A stretch of DNA of 64,000 bases. It comes from Ignavibacteriota bacterium. Its GTDB lineage: Bacteria; Bacteroidota; Ignavibacteria; UBA10030. This document shows positions 14,899 through 25,503 of the stretch, one piece after another. The notes under the pieces were generated by a model. That model was not told the DNA's origin, searched no databases, and saw nothing but the letters and a program-made list of their open reading frames with translations. The stretch is taken from contig OY969585.1 of the NCBI GenBank assembly GCA_963701295.1, positions 448,001-512,000 of the forward strand, read 5' to 3'. The translations under genes and the position numbers were made by a program. How positions within the stretch are numbered: the stretch's first letter is position 1; every line of letters begins with the position of its first letter.

Positions 14899-15576
14899 TC
14901 ATCGTTGACGTAAGATTTCTTGTCGGACTTGCTTTTCTAATCGAAGGTGTTCTTCAGCAGATATTTTAAACCGGTCTCGAAGGATATCCAACCGATCCAA
15001 ATCTTGGGGAGTTATAGATCCACTTTTCCAACTATCAACAATCGCTTGCAGATAGATCTCGAGTTGGACTTCTTGTTCCAAATCCATATTCTCTTGATCA
15101 CTAATTCCCATCGCTTTTCGAAGCGTCACTAAGATGGCATTTTCATCCTTGCTTAACGCGCCATCTGACCATGCGTGCTTAAGTGCCTGAGCGTATGCCT
15201 GAATAGAAACAACAGGTACTGTCGATGGGGCCTGTGTTCCTTTTTGTATGTCAGTCCGTTTTTTTTCTTCTTCCTGTTGCTGGCGAGACTTTTCTTCTTC
15301 CTGTTGCCGACGAGACTTCTCTTCTTCGCGTTGCCGACGAGATTTTTCTTCAACCTGGCGCCGTGTTTCTTCCACCAGACGCTTGCTCGCTAACTCCGTT
15401 TGCCGTTGGACTTCTAATGCTTGGCGTTCAGCCATTCCCGCACGGTTTTTCTCTTCTTCAACAAACTTATCGATGACAGGAGAAGATAAGGCAACCGCCG
15501 CATCTTTCTTTTTCTGCTCAAGAATCTTGCGCTTGAGTTCCTCAACTTTCCGTCGTTGTTCGTCCAGATCCGGCAT
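14899..15576 (-). CDS. hypothetical protein: charged coiled coil plus two TerB-like helical repeats
   Basis: E/K/R/Q-rich N-half; C-half repeats YxxAL..AWxDG.I...E..IL..LR; own TTGACA-17-TATATT promoter at 15645-15673. Confidence 0.7.
   Translation of the reverse strand: MPDLDEQRRKVEELKRKILEQKKKDAAVALSSPVIDKFVEEEKNRAGMAERQALEVQRQTELASKRLVEETRRQVEEKSRRQREEEKSRRQQEEEKSRQQQEEEKKRTDIQKGTQAPSTVPVVSIQAYAQALKHAWSDGALSKDENAILVTLRKAMGISDQENMDLEQEVQLEIYLQAIVDSWKSGSITPQDLDRLDILRDRFKISAEEHLRLEKQVRQEILRQR
15264..15351. repeat. 3.3 copies of an in-frame 27-bp tandem repeat
   Basis: Units of TTTCTTCTTCCTGTTGCCGACGAGACT encoding EEEKSRRQQ-like nonapeptides. Confidence 0.85.
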
Positions 15577-15716
15577 AGTTTAGAAGCAATTCACTTTATT
15601 TATAATTAAAACAATTTTGATACCTAATAATTCCATGTTACTTGAATATATTCAAATCGTCCCCGAATGTCAACGAATCAGACATCATCTTCACTTTCGC
15701 ACTATAAACAGCCAAA

Positions 15717-15890
15717 TCACAGTTTATCCGGTAACTCGCTGAAAGCGCTTCCGAACAAGTCGTCGGCGATCTCAGAGGAATCTACGAAATCGTGAAATTC
15801 GAGTCCCACCTGTTTCTTTTGCTTCAGGTAAAACAGAACCAAAGAAATTGCTGCTCCGGCCAATAATCCAATCAGAACATATTTCTTCAT
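15717..15890 (-). CDS. 57-aa single-TM small protein (not in the ORF track)
   Basis: MKKYVLIGLLAGAAISLVLFYLKQKKQVGLEFHDFVDSSEIADDLFGSAFSELPDKL*; purine-rich sequence upstream of the ATG. Confidence 0.7.
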   Translation of the reverse strand: MKKYVLIGLLAGAAISLVLFYLKQKKQVGLEFHDFVDSSEIADDLFGSAFSELPDKL

Positions 15891-15994
15891 CGACTCTCTT
15901 TGTCTGTGGAAGTGAAATTAAACCATCACTGACTTTCTCTGAGTATGGAATGCTGATCTTTTAGCCACCACCCATACGAAGAAGTCGAATCGGG

Positions 15995-16210
15995 TTATGC
16001 CGCAGGTGGCGGTGTTGGCTGTGTTTCTCCTTCGGCCATCTTTGCTTTCACGTCCTGAACTTCGTTGCGAATCTCCTGCGCTTTCTTTTTCAGGTTTGCC
16101 ATGTGCTTCCGAAGACGCACACCTGCCGATTTATTTTCTTTTATATAAAATTTCTCAAAGTCCGCTTTGAATGTTGCTACGAGTTCCAGCAATTCTTGAT
16201 ACCGATCCAT
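15995..16210 (-). CDS. histone H1-like (Hc1 family) small DNA-binding protein
   Basis: DFEKFYIKENKSAGVRLRK motif typical of the Bacteroidota histone-H1-like family; GGAG SD. Confidence 0.82.
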   Translation of the reverse strand: MDRYQELLELVATFKADFEKFYIKENKSAGVRLRKHMANLKKKAQEIRNEVQDVKAKMAEGETQPTPPPAA

Positions 16211-16535
16211 CTTGTTGCTCCTATCGATTATTTACGCTTGTTAGTTATAAGCTTTTGCTTAAATTTGGAATAATCAAATTACTCATTTATCTGAATGCGA
16301 ATTTCTCTATTGAATGAAATATTAAAAAATGGAATTTTAACGCAAGCATTGTTTTAATGTGTTGATTACATTAAAATTTCGCCAGTAAGATACGCATTTG
16401 ATTCGGAGAAGTCAAAGAGAATTGGCGAATTTTTTGTAAAATCGCAATCACCCTCAAAACGTGTAAAAAAGAAACCTTTTTTATTAATATCCAGTGTGGC
16501 AGCTATAACCATTGAATACGAACAAGGTCCCCCTT

Positions 16536-16934
16536 TTAACGTTTTGTACCAGACTGTGGAAAAATCACTGAGAGGCGCTTCACTACATAATCAGTCGAAA
16601 GAGGTTTTACGAGATATGCTGATACTTTGTACGAAAGAAGTTCCCTGACAAGATCTGTTTCACTATGTGAAGTGACCATGACTACCGGTAAGTCCTGATA
16701 GTCAGAAATGGCGCGGATGGACTTGAGCGTCTCTTTTCCATTCATGATGGGCATTTCGTAATCGAGAAAAACAACATCCGGTTTTTCTGTGGAGAGTTTT
16801 CTGAGTGCGTCTTTTCCGTGTACCGCTTCGATAATCTGTGCGTCAAATACTTTAGTTAAAATTTTCCCCAGGAGCATTCTGCTTTCAATACTATCATCTA
16901 CGATAAGTGCTTTCATCAACATCTTGACCCCCAA
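16536..16934 (-). CDS. single-domain response regulator (CheY-like)
   Basis: LIVDDS, FLDYEMPIMNG, VMVTS, YLVKP. Confidence 0.9.
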   Translation of the reverse strand: MGVKMLMKALIVDDSIESRMLLGKILTKVFDAQIIEAVHGKDALRKLSTEKPDVVFLDYEMPIMNGKETLKSIRAISDYQDLPVVMVTSHSETDLVRELLSYKVSAYLVKPLSTDYVVKRLSVIFPQSGTKR

Positions 16935-17019
16935 AATGTGATACTGTTCCTTTCAATATAGCAACCTGTACTGTTAATCGCAATCTATTGTTGTAAGATT
17001 CCTATATCATTGGCTCATT

Positions 17020-17120
17020 AGCTTATTGGGTGAAGTGACTTCACCCTACGTATTCTTCTTCTACTCTGCGTCAATAGCACATCATAAAAGTTTGATGCTC
17101 ACTTCCATTGGTCGCTCGAT
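17020..17120 (+). repeat. diverged direct repeat with REP-like palindrome, copy 1
   Basis: AGCTTATTGGGTGAAGTGACTTCACCCTACGTATT...CTCTGCG...AGTTTG..GCTCACTTCCAT, similar to 25504-25610. Confidence 0.7.
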
Positions 17121-17363
17121 TGGAGTCTATACTGGTCGGCCCCTCTCGTGCTGAGCGGCGGAAGCAACCGCTGCAGTTTAACAAATTGCTGTGTGATTGT
17201 TGCAATTATATTGGATTTCATATATAATATTAACAGTTCAATAAGTTATAACAAGGCAACTTCGTTTATCGGCAAGCGTTGTATGCAATTGTCGGCTGTG
17301 CTGATATAAAACAGGAAGAGAAAGACGGTACCCTAACATAAGGCAGAAAGGAAAAATGTTTTC

Positions 17364-18596
17364 ATGAGTTTCTTTGATGATAAAATTGCAGAAAGGCTTG
17401 GAGGAATCAATTTTGGCAAATCTACAAAGATTTACAAATTCGAACTGATCAAACGAGCCAAGGCAGCAGCAAAAATTGCACACCCTGAATTAACTATCAT
17501 TGACATGGGTGTTGGAGAGCCTGACTGGCCAGCAGATCCACTTGTTGTAGAAACCCTATCGCAAGAAGCAGGAAAACCTGAAAATCGTTGGTATGCTGAT
17601 AATGGCATCCCTGAATTTCAACATGCTGCCGCTCAATATTTACACAATGTTTTCGGAGTGCAGATTAAAAATCCGACAGAGCATATTGTCCATGGAATAG
17701 GATCAAAACCGGTTCTTGCAATGCTTCCAATCTGTTTGATCAATCCGGGAGACATTTTTCTCACAACAGTACCCGGATATCCGATATCAGCGACCTATAC
17801 AAAATATCTTGGAGGCGAAGTATTCAACCTTCCTCTCCTTGAGTCCAACTCATTTCTACCGGATTTAGGATCTATTCCGCCTTCCATTTTGAAAAAATCA
17901 AAAGCCCTCTACCTGAATTATCCAAATAATCCTACCGGAGCTACGGCAACGCCGGAATTTTTCAAGCATGCAGTTGACTTCGCACAGCGCAATGGAATCG
18001 TTATTATTCACGATGCCCCCTATAGTGCGCTGATCTATGACGATTATAAGCCGTTAAGCTTTTTGTCTGTTGATGGAGCTATGGATGTTGGTGTCGAAGT
18101 CCATTCATTATCGAAAGCGTTCAACATGACGGGTTGGAGAATAGGTTTCTTATGCGGGAATTCCAAAGCTGTCAAGGCCTATGCAACGGTGAAAGACAAC
18201 ACTGATTCAGGGCAGTTCCGGGCAATTCAGAAAGCAGCGATACAGGCCTTCCATCATTTGGAGATCACACAGGCAACCGTAGACAAATACTCGAGAAGAT
18301 TTGAATTGCTCATCCAAGCACTTTGCGAAGTAGGATTCAAGGCAAAAAAGCCCAAAGGATCATTCTATTGTTATGTACCTGCGCCAATCGGTACGGAAAA
18401 AGGAGACGTATTTAAAACAGCATCGGAGTTTTCGGATTTTCTCATTCGATCAGCTTTGATTTCAACGGTTCCATGGGATGATGCCGGGAAATACATTCGA
18501 TTCTCAGTAACATTTGAAGCCGATTCCATCGAACATGAAAAAGAAGTACTTGATGAAATGAAAAATCGGATGAAAAAATTGAAGTTGAAATTCTAA
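17364..18596 (+). CDS. dapL: LL-diaminopimelate aminotransferase
   Basis: Class I PLP aminotransferase (LNYPNNPTG, HSLSKAFNMTGWRIGF) with the YKFELIKRAK N-terminus and VKDNTDSGQF; adjacent to dapF. Confidence 0.85.
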   Translation: MSFFDDKIAERLGGINFGKSTKIYKFELIKRAKAAAKIAHPELTIIDMGVGEPDWPADPLVVETLSQEAGKPENRWYADNGIPEFQHAAAQYLHNVFGVQIKNPTEHIVHGIGSKPVLAMLPICLINPGDIFLTTVPGYPISATYTKYLGGEVFNLPLLESNSFLPDLGSIPPSILKKSKALYLNYPNNPTGATATPEFFKHAVDFAQRNGIVIIHDAPYSALIYDDYKPLSFLSVDGAMDVGVEVHSLSKAFNMTGWRIGFLCGNSKAVKAYATVKDNTDSGQFRAIQKAAIQAFHHLEITQATVDKYSRRFELLIQALCEVGFKAKKPKGSFYCYVPAPIGTEKGDVFKTASEFSDFLIRSALISTVPWDDAGKYIRFSVTFEADSIEHEKEVLDEMKNRMKKLKLKF

Positions 18597-18740
18597 AACG
18601 GACGCCGGAAGACTAACAAGTGCCAACCAGCAACAAACAACAGCCTAAGTGCGAGGCACCGTTACACTCCGAATCGTACATTAAGCAAAATATGTTGGCG
18701 CATGAAGAACTGCAGCGGGAAAAAGAAAGAAGAACATGCT

Positions 18741-19586
18741 ATGAAATTCCATAAATACCACGGGCTTGGCAACGACTACATCGTCATCGATCCAAGGGAA
18801 ACGAACCTAACGTTAGACGAGCCAACAATAAGACTCATCTGCAATCGAAATTATGGAATTGGATCTGACGGAATATTGTATGGCCCTGAGATAAAAGATA
18901 ATATTTTCAAATTGAGAATATTCAATCCTGATGGGAGCGAAGCTGAAAAAAGCGGCAACGGGTTAAGAATATTTTCTCGTTACTTATGGGACATCGGTTT
19001 AGTGAAAACAAATCCGTTTATCATCAATACCATCGGCGGAAATGTCCAATCGGAAATCCTCAACAACGGCGATTTAATCAAAATTGAGATGGGAAAAGTT
19101 TCATTTCTTGCTGCAGACATTCCTTATACGGGCGAAGGAGGAGAAGTTCTCAACAGGAATTTCACCATACGAGGAAAAACCTTCCGGTACTGTGCTGCAA
19201 ATATCGGAAATCCTCATTGCGTCGTTCTATGCGATGAGATATCTCCTGAACTTGCTCAAGAGTACGGGCCACATATTGAGAAGAACGCACTATTTCCCAG
19301 AAAAACCAATGTTCAGTTCATGAAAGTTATTGACAAAAAACATATCCAGATTGAAATTTGGGAAAGAGGTGCCGGGTATACATTGGCATCGGGAAGCAGC
19401 AGCATCGCTTCAGCAGCAGTTGCTTTTAAATTAAGTTTGTGTGAAAACAACATAACTGTGAACATGCAAGGCGGGAAACTCAATATTGAATTCACCAACG
19501 ATTTTAGGGCGACCATGACCGGCCCTGTGATAGCAGTCTGTGAAGGAATAATACAAGAAGACTTCTTTAAAAAAAGCAAAAGGTAA
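18741..19586 (+). CDS. dapF: diaminopimelate epimerase-family protein with Ser/Ser active site
   Basis: KYHGLGNDY, GIGSDG, NPDGSEAEKSGNG, GNPH, ERGAGYTLASGS; start placed at MKFHKY. Confidence 0.85.
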   Translation: MKFHKYHGLGNDYIVIDPRETNLTLDEPTIRLICNRNYGIGSDGILYGPEIKDNIFKLRIFNPDGSEAEKSGNGLRIFSRYLWDIGLVKTNPFIINTIGGNVQSEILNNGDLIKIEMGKVSFLAADIPYTGEGGEVLNRNFTIRGKTFRYCAANIGNPHCVVLCDEISPELAQEYGPHIEKNALFPRKTNVQFMKVIDKKHIQIEIWERGAGYTLASGSSSIASAAVAFKLSLCENNITVNMQGGKLNIEFTNDFRATMTGPVIAVCEGIIQEDFFKKSKR

Positions 19587-19712
19587 AACCGCCACCCCCT
19601 TGCATTAGGAGTGAAAAACGACATGTGTTATAATTGACATAGTCATATACCATGCAACTTCATTATGAGCTAGGGCACCTCATCCTTTGAAATACTTTGA
19701 AAGGTTAACTTA

Positions 19713-20591
19713 TTGATGTCAAGCATAATATCGGGTCTTCTTGCAACATGGAGAATCCTTTGGAGATCAGGATTGTTCCTTGTCATTTGGGGATTTTTGT
19801 TAGCACCGTTCATTATACCATTTAGTTCGGGACTTGTAAAGTGGACACATACATCTCCGATGGAAGCACGATTATATTCCGACATTGCATGTGCAGTAAC
19901 AATATTGGTAGCCACATGGTTCATAACACGATTCATTGACCATCGTCCCTTTCTAACAATTGGATTCGCTTCCGGCCACATCTTAAAAGATAGTCTCGTT
20001 GGATTAGCGGTGGGAAGCATTTGGTTGGGAGCGTCTATCGGTACTGCTTGGCTCTTAGGCTGGGCATCACCCGTAGCACCAGTTGGTTTTGTCTGGCCGG
20101 TATTGGCGGGATCTGCGATCGCCATGCTTTTTAATGTCCTCACACAGGAACTTCTCCTCTGTGGATTTATTTTTCAAACGATCCGACGCCAATCCAATGC
20201 TGCCATCGCAATGGTAGTATCGGCAATATTATTTGCAAGCCTCCATGCCGGCGCATTTAAAGGTGAGTGGTTGCCCGTGGTCAATGTATTTGCCGCAGGA
20301 CTGCTCTTTTGTCTTGCGTATATCATCACCGGCAATTTGTGGTTTCCCATCTCCATTCATTTTGCATGGGATGTATTATTGGGGCCGGTACTTGGGTTAA
20401 CTGAAAGCGGCATAAGTAATTTAGGGGGCGGTTGGAAAATATTTGTGATCAATGGTCCGCAATTGTTTACCGGCGGTACATTTGGTTTAGAAGGCGGTTT
20501 CATAGTGACTTTCACAGTTTTTTTCAGTATTGTTTTGATGTATCTTTTTCAACGTCAGAAAATCCGAACACTTTTTTGCAAGGTGCGCTAA
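19713..20591 (+). CDS. CPBP (Abi/CAAX) intramembrane metalloprotease-like protein, degenerate EE motif
   Basis: TQELLLCG, FASLH, HFAWD, TGGTFGLEG; true start uncertain. Confidence 0.8.
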   Translation: MMSSIISGLLATWRILWRSGLFLVIWGFLLAPFIIPFSSGLVKWTHTSPMEARLYSDIACAVTILVATWFITRFIDHRPFLTIGFASGHILKDSLVGLAVGSIWLGASIGTAWLLGWASPVAPVGFVWPVLAGSAIAMLFNVLTQELLLCGFIFQTIRRQSNAAIAMVVSAILFASLHAGAFKGEWLPVVNVFAAGLLFCLAYIITGNLWFPISIHFAWDVLLGPVLGLTESGISNLGGGWKIFVINGPQLFTGGTFGLEGGFIVTFTVFFSIVLMYLFQRQKIRTLFCKVR

Positions 20592-20826
20592 CCAGCCATC
20601 CAAGCTGACGAGCATTTTAACGGCTGGAAAGCACATAGCATTCTGCTCACATCGCTTATATATTTGAAATAAAGTTTTATCAGTATTCGCCCCGTTGTTT
20701 TTCCGCTGTGGACGAATTATCCGCACCTCGCAAAACAGCAGGATAAACACTTAAATATTACACGATAGAACTACAAGAAATTTACCTTAAATAATTAAGT
20801 ACAGAACAATTAAAAGGAATACCCAT

Positions 20827-21481
20827 ATGAAGTTTTCGACATTACAACGATTAGGCGGAATTGCAATAATATTTGGTTCAGTAACTTTTTACTGCGTGGG
20901 CAATCTGCTGGACAATGCTTTTGCCGGTGCATGAACGAGTCCGAGACGTATCTCTCATGATTTTACATCCTCATTGGATATGGATCGCTTCATTAGCTTT
21001 TCCAGGTATTGTTTTCATGATTTTTGGTTATACGGCGGTCTATTCAAGATTGTACCATAAAGCCGGTATTCTAGGTTTCGTTGGATATGTATTTATAACT
21101 TTAGCGTATATTTTTCAAGCCGCAAAAGTAACCTGGGAAATTTTTGTATATCCCATTATCGTGAGTTATGCACCTTCTCTTCCACTCTTTTCGGAAAAAA
21201 TTTTAATGCAGCACCCTCAATTCATTTTATTCCGATGGCTGGCAAGTGCAACCATTTTTATCGGTGTTATTCTTTTTTGTATCACATTAATACGAAGCCG
21301 TGAATTTCCCAAAAGCGCAGGAATCCTGATTTTATGCGGCGCAGTGATTTATGCTGTCGGCCCGATCCTTAACGTTTATGTAGCAATCGCAGGAGTTCTG
21401 ATACTTTCTATTGGGTGTTTTATTCTGGGATATACAATGTTTTCCGATGTGAAAGAAGAGTCAAGGAGTGTTAAACTATAA
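20827..21481 (+). pseudogene. membrane protein, frameshifted near 20884
   Basis: ATG at 20827 (MKFSTLQRLGGIAIIFGSV) continues in another frame as LFTAWAICWTMLLPV into ORF 20915-21481. Confidence 0.7.
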
Positions 21482-21506
21482 GAGATAATATATTTGGAGG
21501 CTGTGC

Positions 21507-21961
21507 ATGATTTGTACCACCGGTAAATTTAGTTTACTTGAACAATTATGGATGCAAATAACATTTGATGGAATATGGATACTAGGTTTAATATCAATTT
21601 CAATTATCAATCCGTTTATTTCAATAGTGTATTTTCTTTTTTGCTTTTTTGGAATATTTTTTCTAATCATGCATTTATGGATTTGTCCAAGATGTCCGCA
21701 TATCAAAGAGTATTCGGCATGTTCTCAATTCCTTCCGTTTCTTACAAAAAAATAATTAAAGAAAATGTTTCCGGTAATTTAAAGCTATATGAAAAAATTG
21801 GGTTCTGGATAATATTGTCTGGAATATTTATTTTTCCATTATTTTGGGTACTCAAGAATCGATATTTCATTCTTCCGTACTTCATACTTGGTTTCATGCA
21901 TTATTCAACATACTATGTTCACTTTTGTAAGAAATGCATCAATATATACAACACCATATAA
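21507..21961 (+). pseudogene. Cys-motif membrane protein split by a frameshift in an A-tract (~21746)
   Basis: GGAGG SD; ORF 21507-21755 (CPRCPH) continues in ORF 21575-21961 (FCKKCIN). Confidence 0.65.
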
Positions 21962-22206
21962 GTCTCCGATTCTCTTCGTCAAAGGCGCAGCCGTCTCTTG
22001 GGGAAAACTGCTCATAGATTCAAAATTTAATGATACAACGACAAACAATGGGAACAAAATAAACGAAATAGACGTTCATTTATTTATCGAGTATATACAA
22101 GAAAACCGTTGGCAAGAAAAAGGAGCTTGGCTATCCCTGCACTCCCCTCAAAATTGTTTTTAAAGAATTCAACTAAAATCATTTTAAGCCGAGAAGGAGA
22201 CAAACG

Positions 22207-23664
22207 ATGAAAAGCAAGAAAAAGCTCACCACCAATGCCGGGGCACCTGTCGTAGACAACCAGAACATCATGACCGCAGGCAAACGCGGCCCGGCACTGC
22301 TGCAGGATGTATGGTTTCAGGAAAAACTGGCTCACTTTGATAGGGAAGTAATTCCCGAACGGCGCATGCATGCGAAGGGTTCCGGTGCTTATGGTACATT
22401 TACCGTTACACATGACATAACCAAATACACAAAGGCAAAGGTATTTTCAAAAAAAGGGAAAAAGACGGATTTGTTTGTCAGGTTTTCTACTGTAGCAGGA
22501 GAACGAGGGGCGGCAGATGCGGAACGGGATATACGAGGATTTGCAATAAAGTTTTATACCGAGGAAGGTAACTGGGATTTGGTTGGCAATAATACACCGG
22601 TATTTTTTCTTCGCGACCCGCTCAAGTTTCCCGACCTCAACCACGCAGTCAAACGCGACCCTCACACCAATTTGCGAAGTGCAAAAAATAACTGGGATTT
22701 CTGGACATCTCTACCCGAAGCACTTCATCAGATTACCATAACAATGAGTGAGCGGGGTATTCCATATTCGTATCGTCATATGCATGGTTTTGGCAGCCAT
22801 ACCTTCAGTCTGATAAATGAAAAGAATGAACGCTGCTGGGTTAAATTTCACTTTCAGACCCAGCAGGGAATTAGGAACCTGACCGATGCAGAAGCCGAAG
22901 CTCTTATTGCAAAGGATCGGGAAAGTCACCAACGCGATTTATTCAAGAGTATTGATAAAGGCGATTTCCCTCGTTGGAAATTATTCATTCAGGTGATGCC
23001 GGAAAAAGATGCAGCAAAATGTAGATATAATCCTTTTGATCTCACCAAAGTGTGGTTTCATAAAGACTACCCTCTCATCGAAGTAGGTGTTATGGAATTG
23101 AACCGCAATCCTGATAACTATTTTGCCGAAGTTGAACAGGCTGCTTTCAATCCTGCCAATATTGTACCAGGCATCGGTTTCTCACCCGACAAAATGCTGC
23201 AAGGTCGATTATTTTCCTATGGTGATGCACAGCGATATCGTTTAGGCGTCAATCATCACTTGATTCCTGTGAATGCTTCCCGTTGTCCGTTCCATAGCTA
23301 TCATCGCGATGGTGCTATGCGCGTCGATGGTAACTATGGCGCCGCTCTTGGGTACGAGCCGAACAGTTATGGCGAGTGGAATGAACAGCCCGATTTTAAA
23401 GAGCCTCCTGTATCGCTGGAAGGTACCGCTGATCATTGGAATCACAGGGAAGACACAGACTATTATTCTCAACCCGGGTTATTGTTTCGATTGATGAATG
23501 GACAACAACAAAAAGTACTTTTTGAAAACACTGCACGAGCTATGGGTGATGCACCTCATGAGATCAAGATACGACACATTAGCAACTGCATGAAAGCTGA
23601 TCGAGCTTATGGAAAAGGCGTGGCTGATGCTCTGGGAATTCCGATCAAGGAAGTGCCCAAGTAA
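22207..23664 (+). CDS. katA: monofunctional heme catalase (small-subunit clade)
   Basis: [44 protein letters not shown]. Confidence 0.97.
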   Translation: MKSKKKLTTNAGAPVVDNQNIMTAGKRGPALLQDVWFQEKLAHFDREVIPERRMHAKGSGAYGTFTVTHDITKYTKAKVFSKKGKKTDLFVRFSTVAGERGAADAERDIRGFAIKFYTEEGNWDLVGNNTPVFFLRDPLKFPDLNHAVKRDPHTNLRSAKNNWDFWTSLPEALHQITITMSERGIPYSYRHMHGFGSHTFSLINEKNERCWVKFHFQTQQGIRNLTDAEAEALIAKDRESHQRDLFKSIDKGDFPRWKLFIQVMPEKDAAKCRYNPFDLTKVWFHKDYPLIEVGVMELNRNPDNYFAEVEQAAFNPANIVPGIGFSPDKMLQGRLFSYGDAQRYRLGVNHHLIPVNASRCPFHSYHRDGAMRVDGNYGAALGYEPNSYGEWNEQPDFKEPPVSLEGTADHWNHREDTDYYSQPGLLFRLMNGQQQKVLFENTARAMGDAPHEIKIRHISNCMKADRAYGKGVADALGIPIKEVPK

Positions 23665-23759
23665 AGATACATGTGGTGCTAGTAAAACATTGTTACTTGA
23701 AGGTTAACTGCAAAGCTGCTAAGTGAAACGCCTATGTTTCGCTTGAAAGAAAAGAGAGA

Positions 23760-23786
23760 GCGCCAGACCGCTTTGCGGTCTGGCGC
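23760..23786. terminator. perfect 12-bp hairpin between convergent genes
   Basis: GCGCCAGACCGC-TTT-GCGGTCTGGCGC followed by a pyrimidine tract on the minus strand. Confidence 0.75.
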
Positions 23787-23827
23787 ATCCGCCTCAGGAA
23801 GAATCGGCTTATCTGCATTCAAAGTAT

Positions 23828-25405
23828 TTAACGGATGAGAAGCATTTTCTTCTGGAGGCTCGCATGATCTGTTTGAAGCCTGTAGACGTACATCCCCGAA
23901 GCGGCCGGGCGGTGACATTCATCTGTCCCATCCCAGACGATGATATAAGTTCCCATACCTTCAGTACGTTGTGCAAGTGTCTTCACTTTCTGCCCCAGCA
24001 GGTTGTAAATGATTAAGCTTATGTGAGACGGTGATTTTAGGGAGAACTGGATCGCGGTTGCAGGATTGAACGGGTTTGGATAATTCTGTTCCAGAGAAAA
24101 GTTATAAATAATATTAGGTCGTTCAGCAAATCCTCCACTGTCTCTCATGCCCGTCATCAGTAAAGAGTATTTTTTCAGGATGCTGATGGTAGAGGAGTCA
24201 GTATCAAAGACCGAATTTAATCCTTGTGCTTCCATGGGCGGGTCGCACATGAAAGGATTTCCCACACGCCAGGTGAAATCACTGTTTGGTGAGCGGGCTT
24301 CTCCGCCCCAGCCCCAAAAATTTGAACCCGCAATCGGTGCTCCCGTTGCAGCACTATTATAGACCAATTGGAGCAAGGCGTCATAGTATTGATCGCGAAA
24401 TGTTACCGCGCTACTGGGGCTGTATTCTTCGTTATCTCTCGGCAACCCGAATTCTTCCATCGTAAGAGGCTTGTTGAGTTGGCGGGCGTAACCGATATGA
24501 TCGCTGATGTAAGTACTCGCTTGTAAGAGAGCACTGGAGTATGTTCCGCTCATATTAGAAGAGTTAATCCATCCCCAGTTCAGCGCCCAGACATGAATTG
24601 TCGCGTAGTCTATAGAAGGACTTTGATGGGCGGAGAGAAAAACATCCGATCTCTCAAGACAACCCATCGTCCCTTCATTTCCCGTTGTCACGAGATGATT
24701 TGTGTCGATAGAATGAATATAGTGTGCAGTCGAATCTATCCATTCATAAAAAGCATTCAAATAAGCAGCGGTATTTCCCGGACGGGGTTCATTGGCAAGC
24801 TCCCATGCCATGATAACCGGGTCTTCGTAATAATATAATCCGCTTACTGTATTCTGCCGATGAATCAAATCGTTAATGTATTGTTTATAGGTGGCATTTG
24901 CTGAAACATTACGATAAAATGGCGAAGCATCATACAAGCTTCCGCCGCCGCCAAACCAGGAAAGATACTGAGGCATGCCGCCGGACCAATTCCAATAGTT
25001 ATTTAAGAAAATGACAGCTTTCATATCTCTCTTCCCCATTTCAGAAAGCAGAAAATCTAATCCGATAAGAAGAGAATCGTCATATACTCCCGGCGATGTC
25101 TGAATGGCCGGTTGTACGACAGCTTGATTGGTGGAAGCCTCCGAAGCGCCGAGGATTCTGAGGTTATCGATTCCGTTGGATTTCAACCGGTCGAGTTCCC
25201 GGAGAAGTCTCAACGTATCGCCTGTCTGCCCCGTTGAGCCGATATAGCAGCCGTACCAAAAATTTGTGCCAACAAAATAGTACGGTTTGCCTTCCAATAT
25301 AAAGTGAGTATCCTGCACCTGCACATAGTGATATTGAGAGATCGCGGTTGTTGTGCAGAGTAATGTGAGAATAAACGAAATAGTGTATGTAGTAATTTTG
25401 GTCAT
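23828..25405 (-). CDS. GH5 beta-mannanase/mannosidase-like enzyme with T9SS C-terminal domain
   Basis: GTNFWYG, WELANEPR (acid/base), EEFGLPRD (nucleophile), NFWGWGG; QNYPNPFNP...SGMYVYRL...KKMLLIR CTD. Confidence 0.88.
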   Translation of the reverse strand: MTKITTYTISFILTLLCTTTAISQYHYVQVQDTHFILEGKPYYFVGTNFWYGCYIGSTGQTGDTLRLLRELDRLKSNGIDNLRILGASEASTNQAVVQPAIQTSPGVYDDSLLIGLDFLLSEMGKRDMKAVIFLNNYWNWSGGMPQYLSWFGGGGSLYDASPFYRNVSANATYKQYINDLIHRQNTVSGLYYYEDPVIMAWELANEPRPGNTAAYLNAFYEWIDSTAHYIHSIDTNHLVTTGNEGTMGCLERSDVFLSAHQSPSIDYATIHVWALNWGWINSSNMSGTYSSALLQASTYISDHIGYARQLNKPLTMEEFGLPRDNEEYSPSSAVTFRDQYYDALLQLVYNSAATGAPIAGSNFWGWGGEARSPNSDFTWRVGNPFMCDPPMEAQGLNSVFDTDSSTISILKKYSLLMTGMRDSGGFAERPNIIYNFSLEQNYPNPFNPATAIQFSLKSPSHISLIIYNLLGQKVKTLAQRTEGMGTYIIVWDGTDECHRPAASGMYVYRLQTDHASLQKKMLLIR

Positions 25406-25503
25406 ATCTGCTTCAATACGTTTTTCTACACTATTGAATTCTATCAGATTGTTTCATCTAAATATAGACATTTATTGGAATAATTATAAGAGACGATCAC
25501 TAA

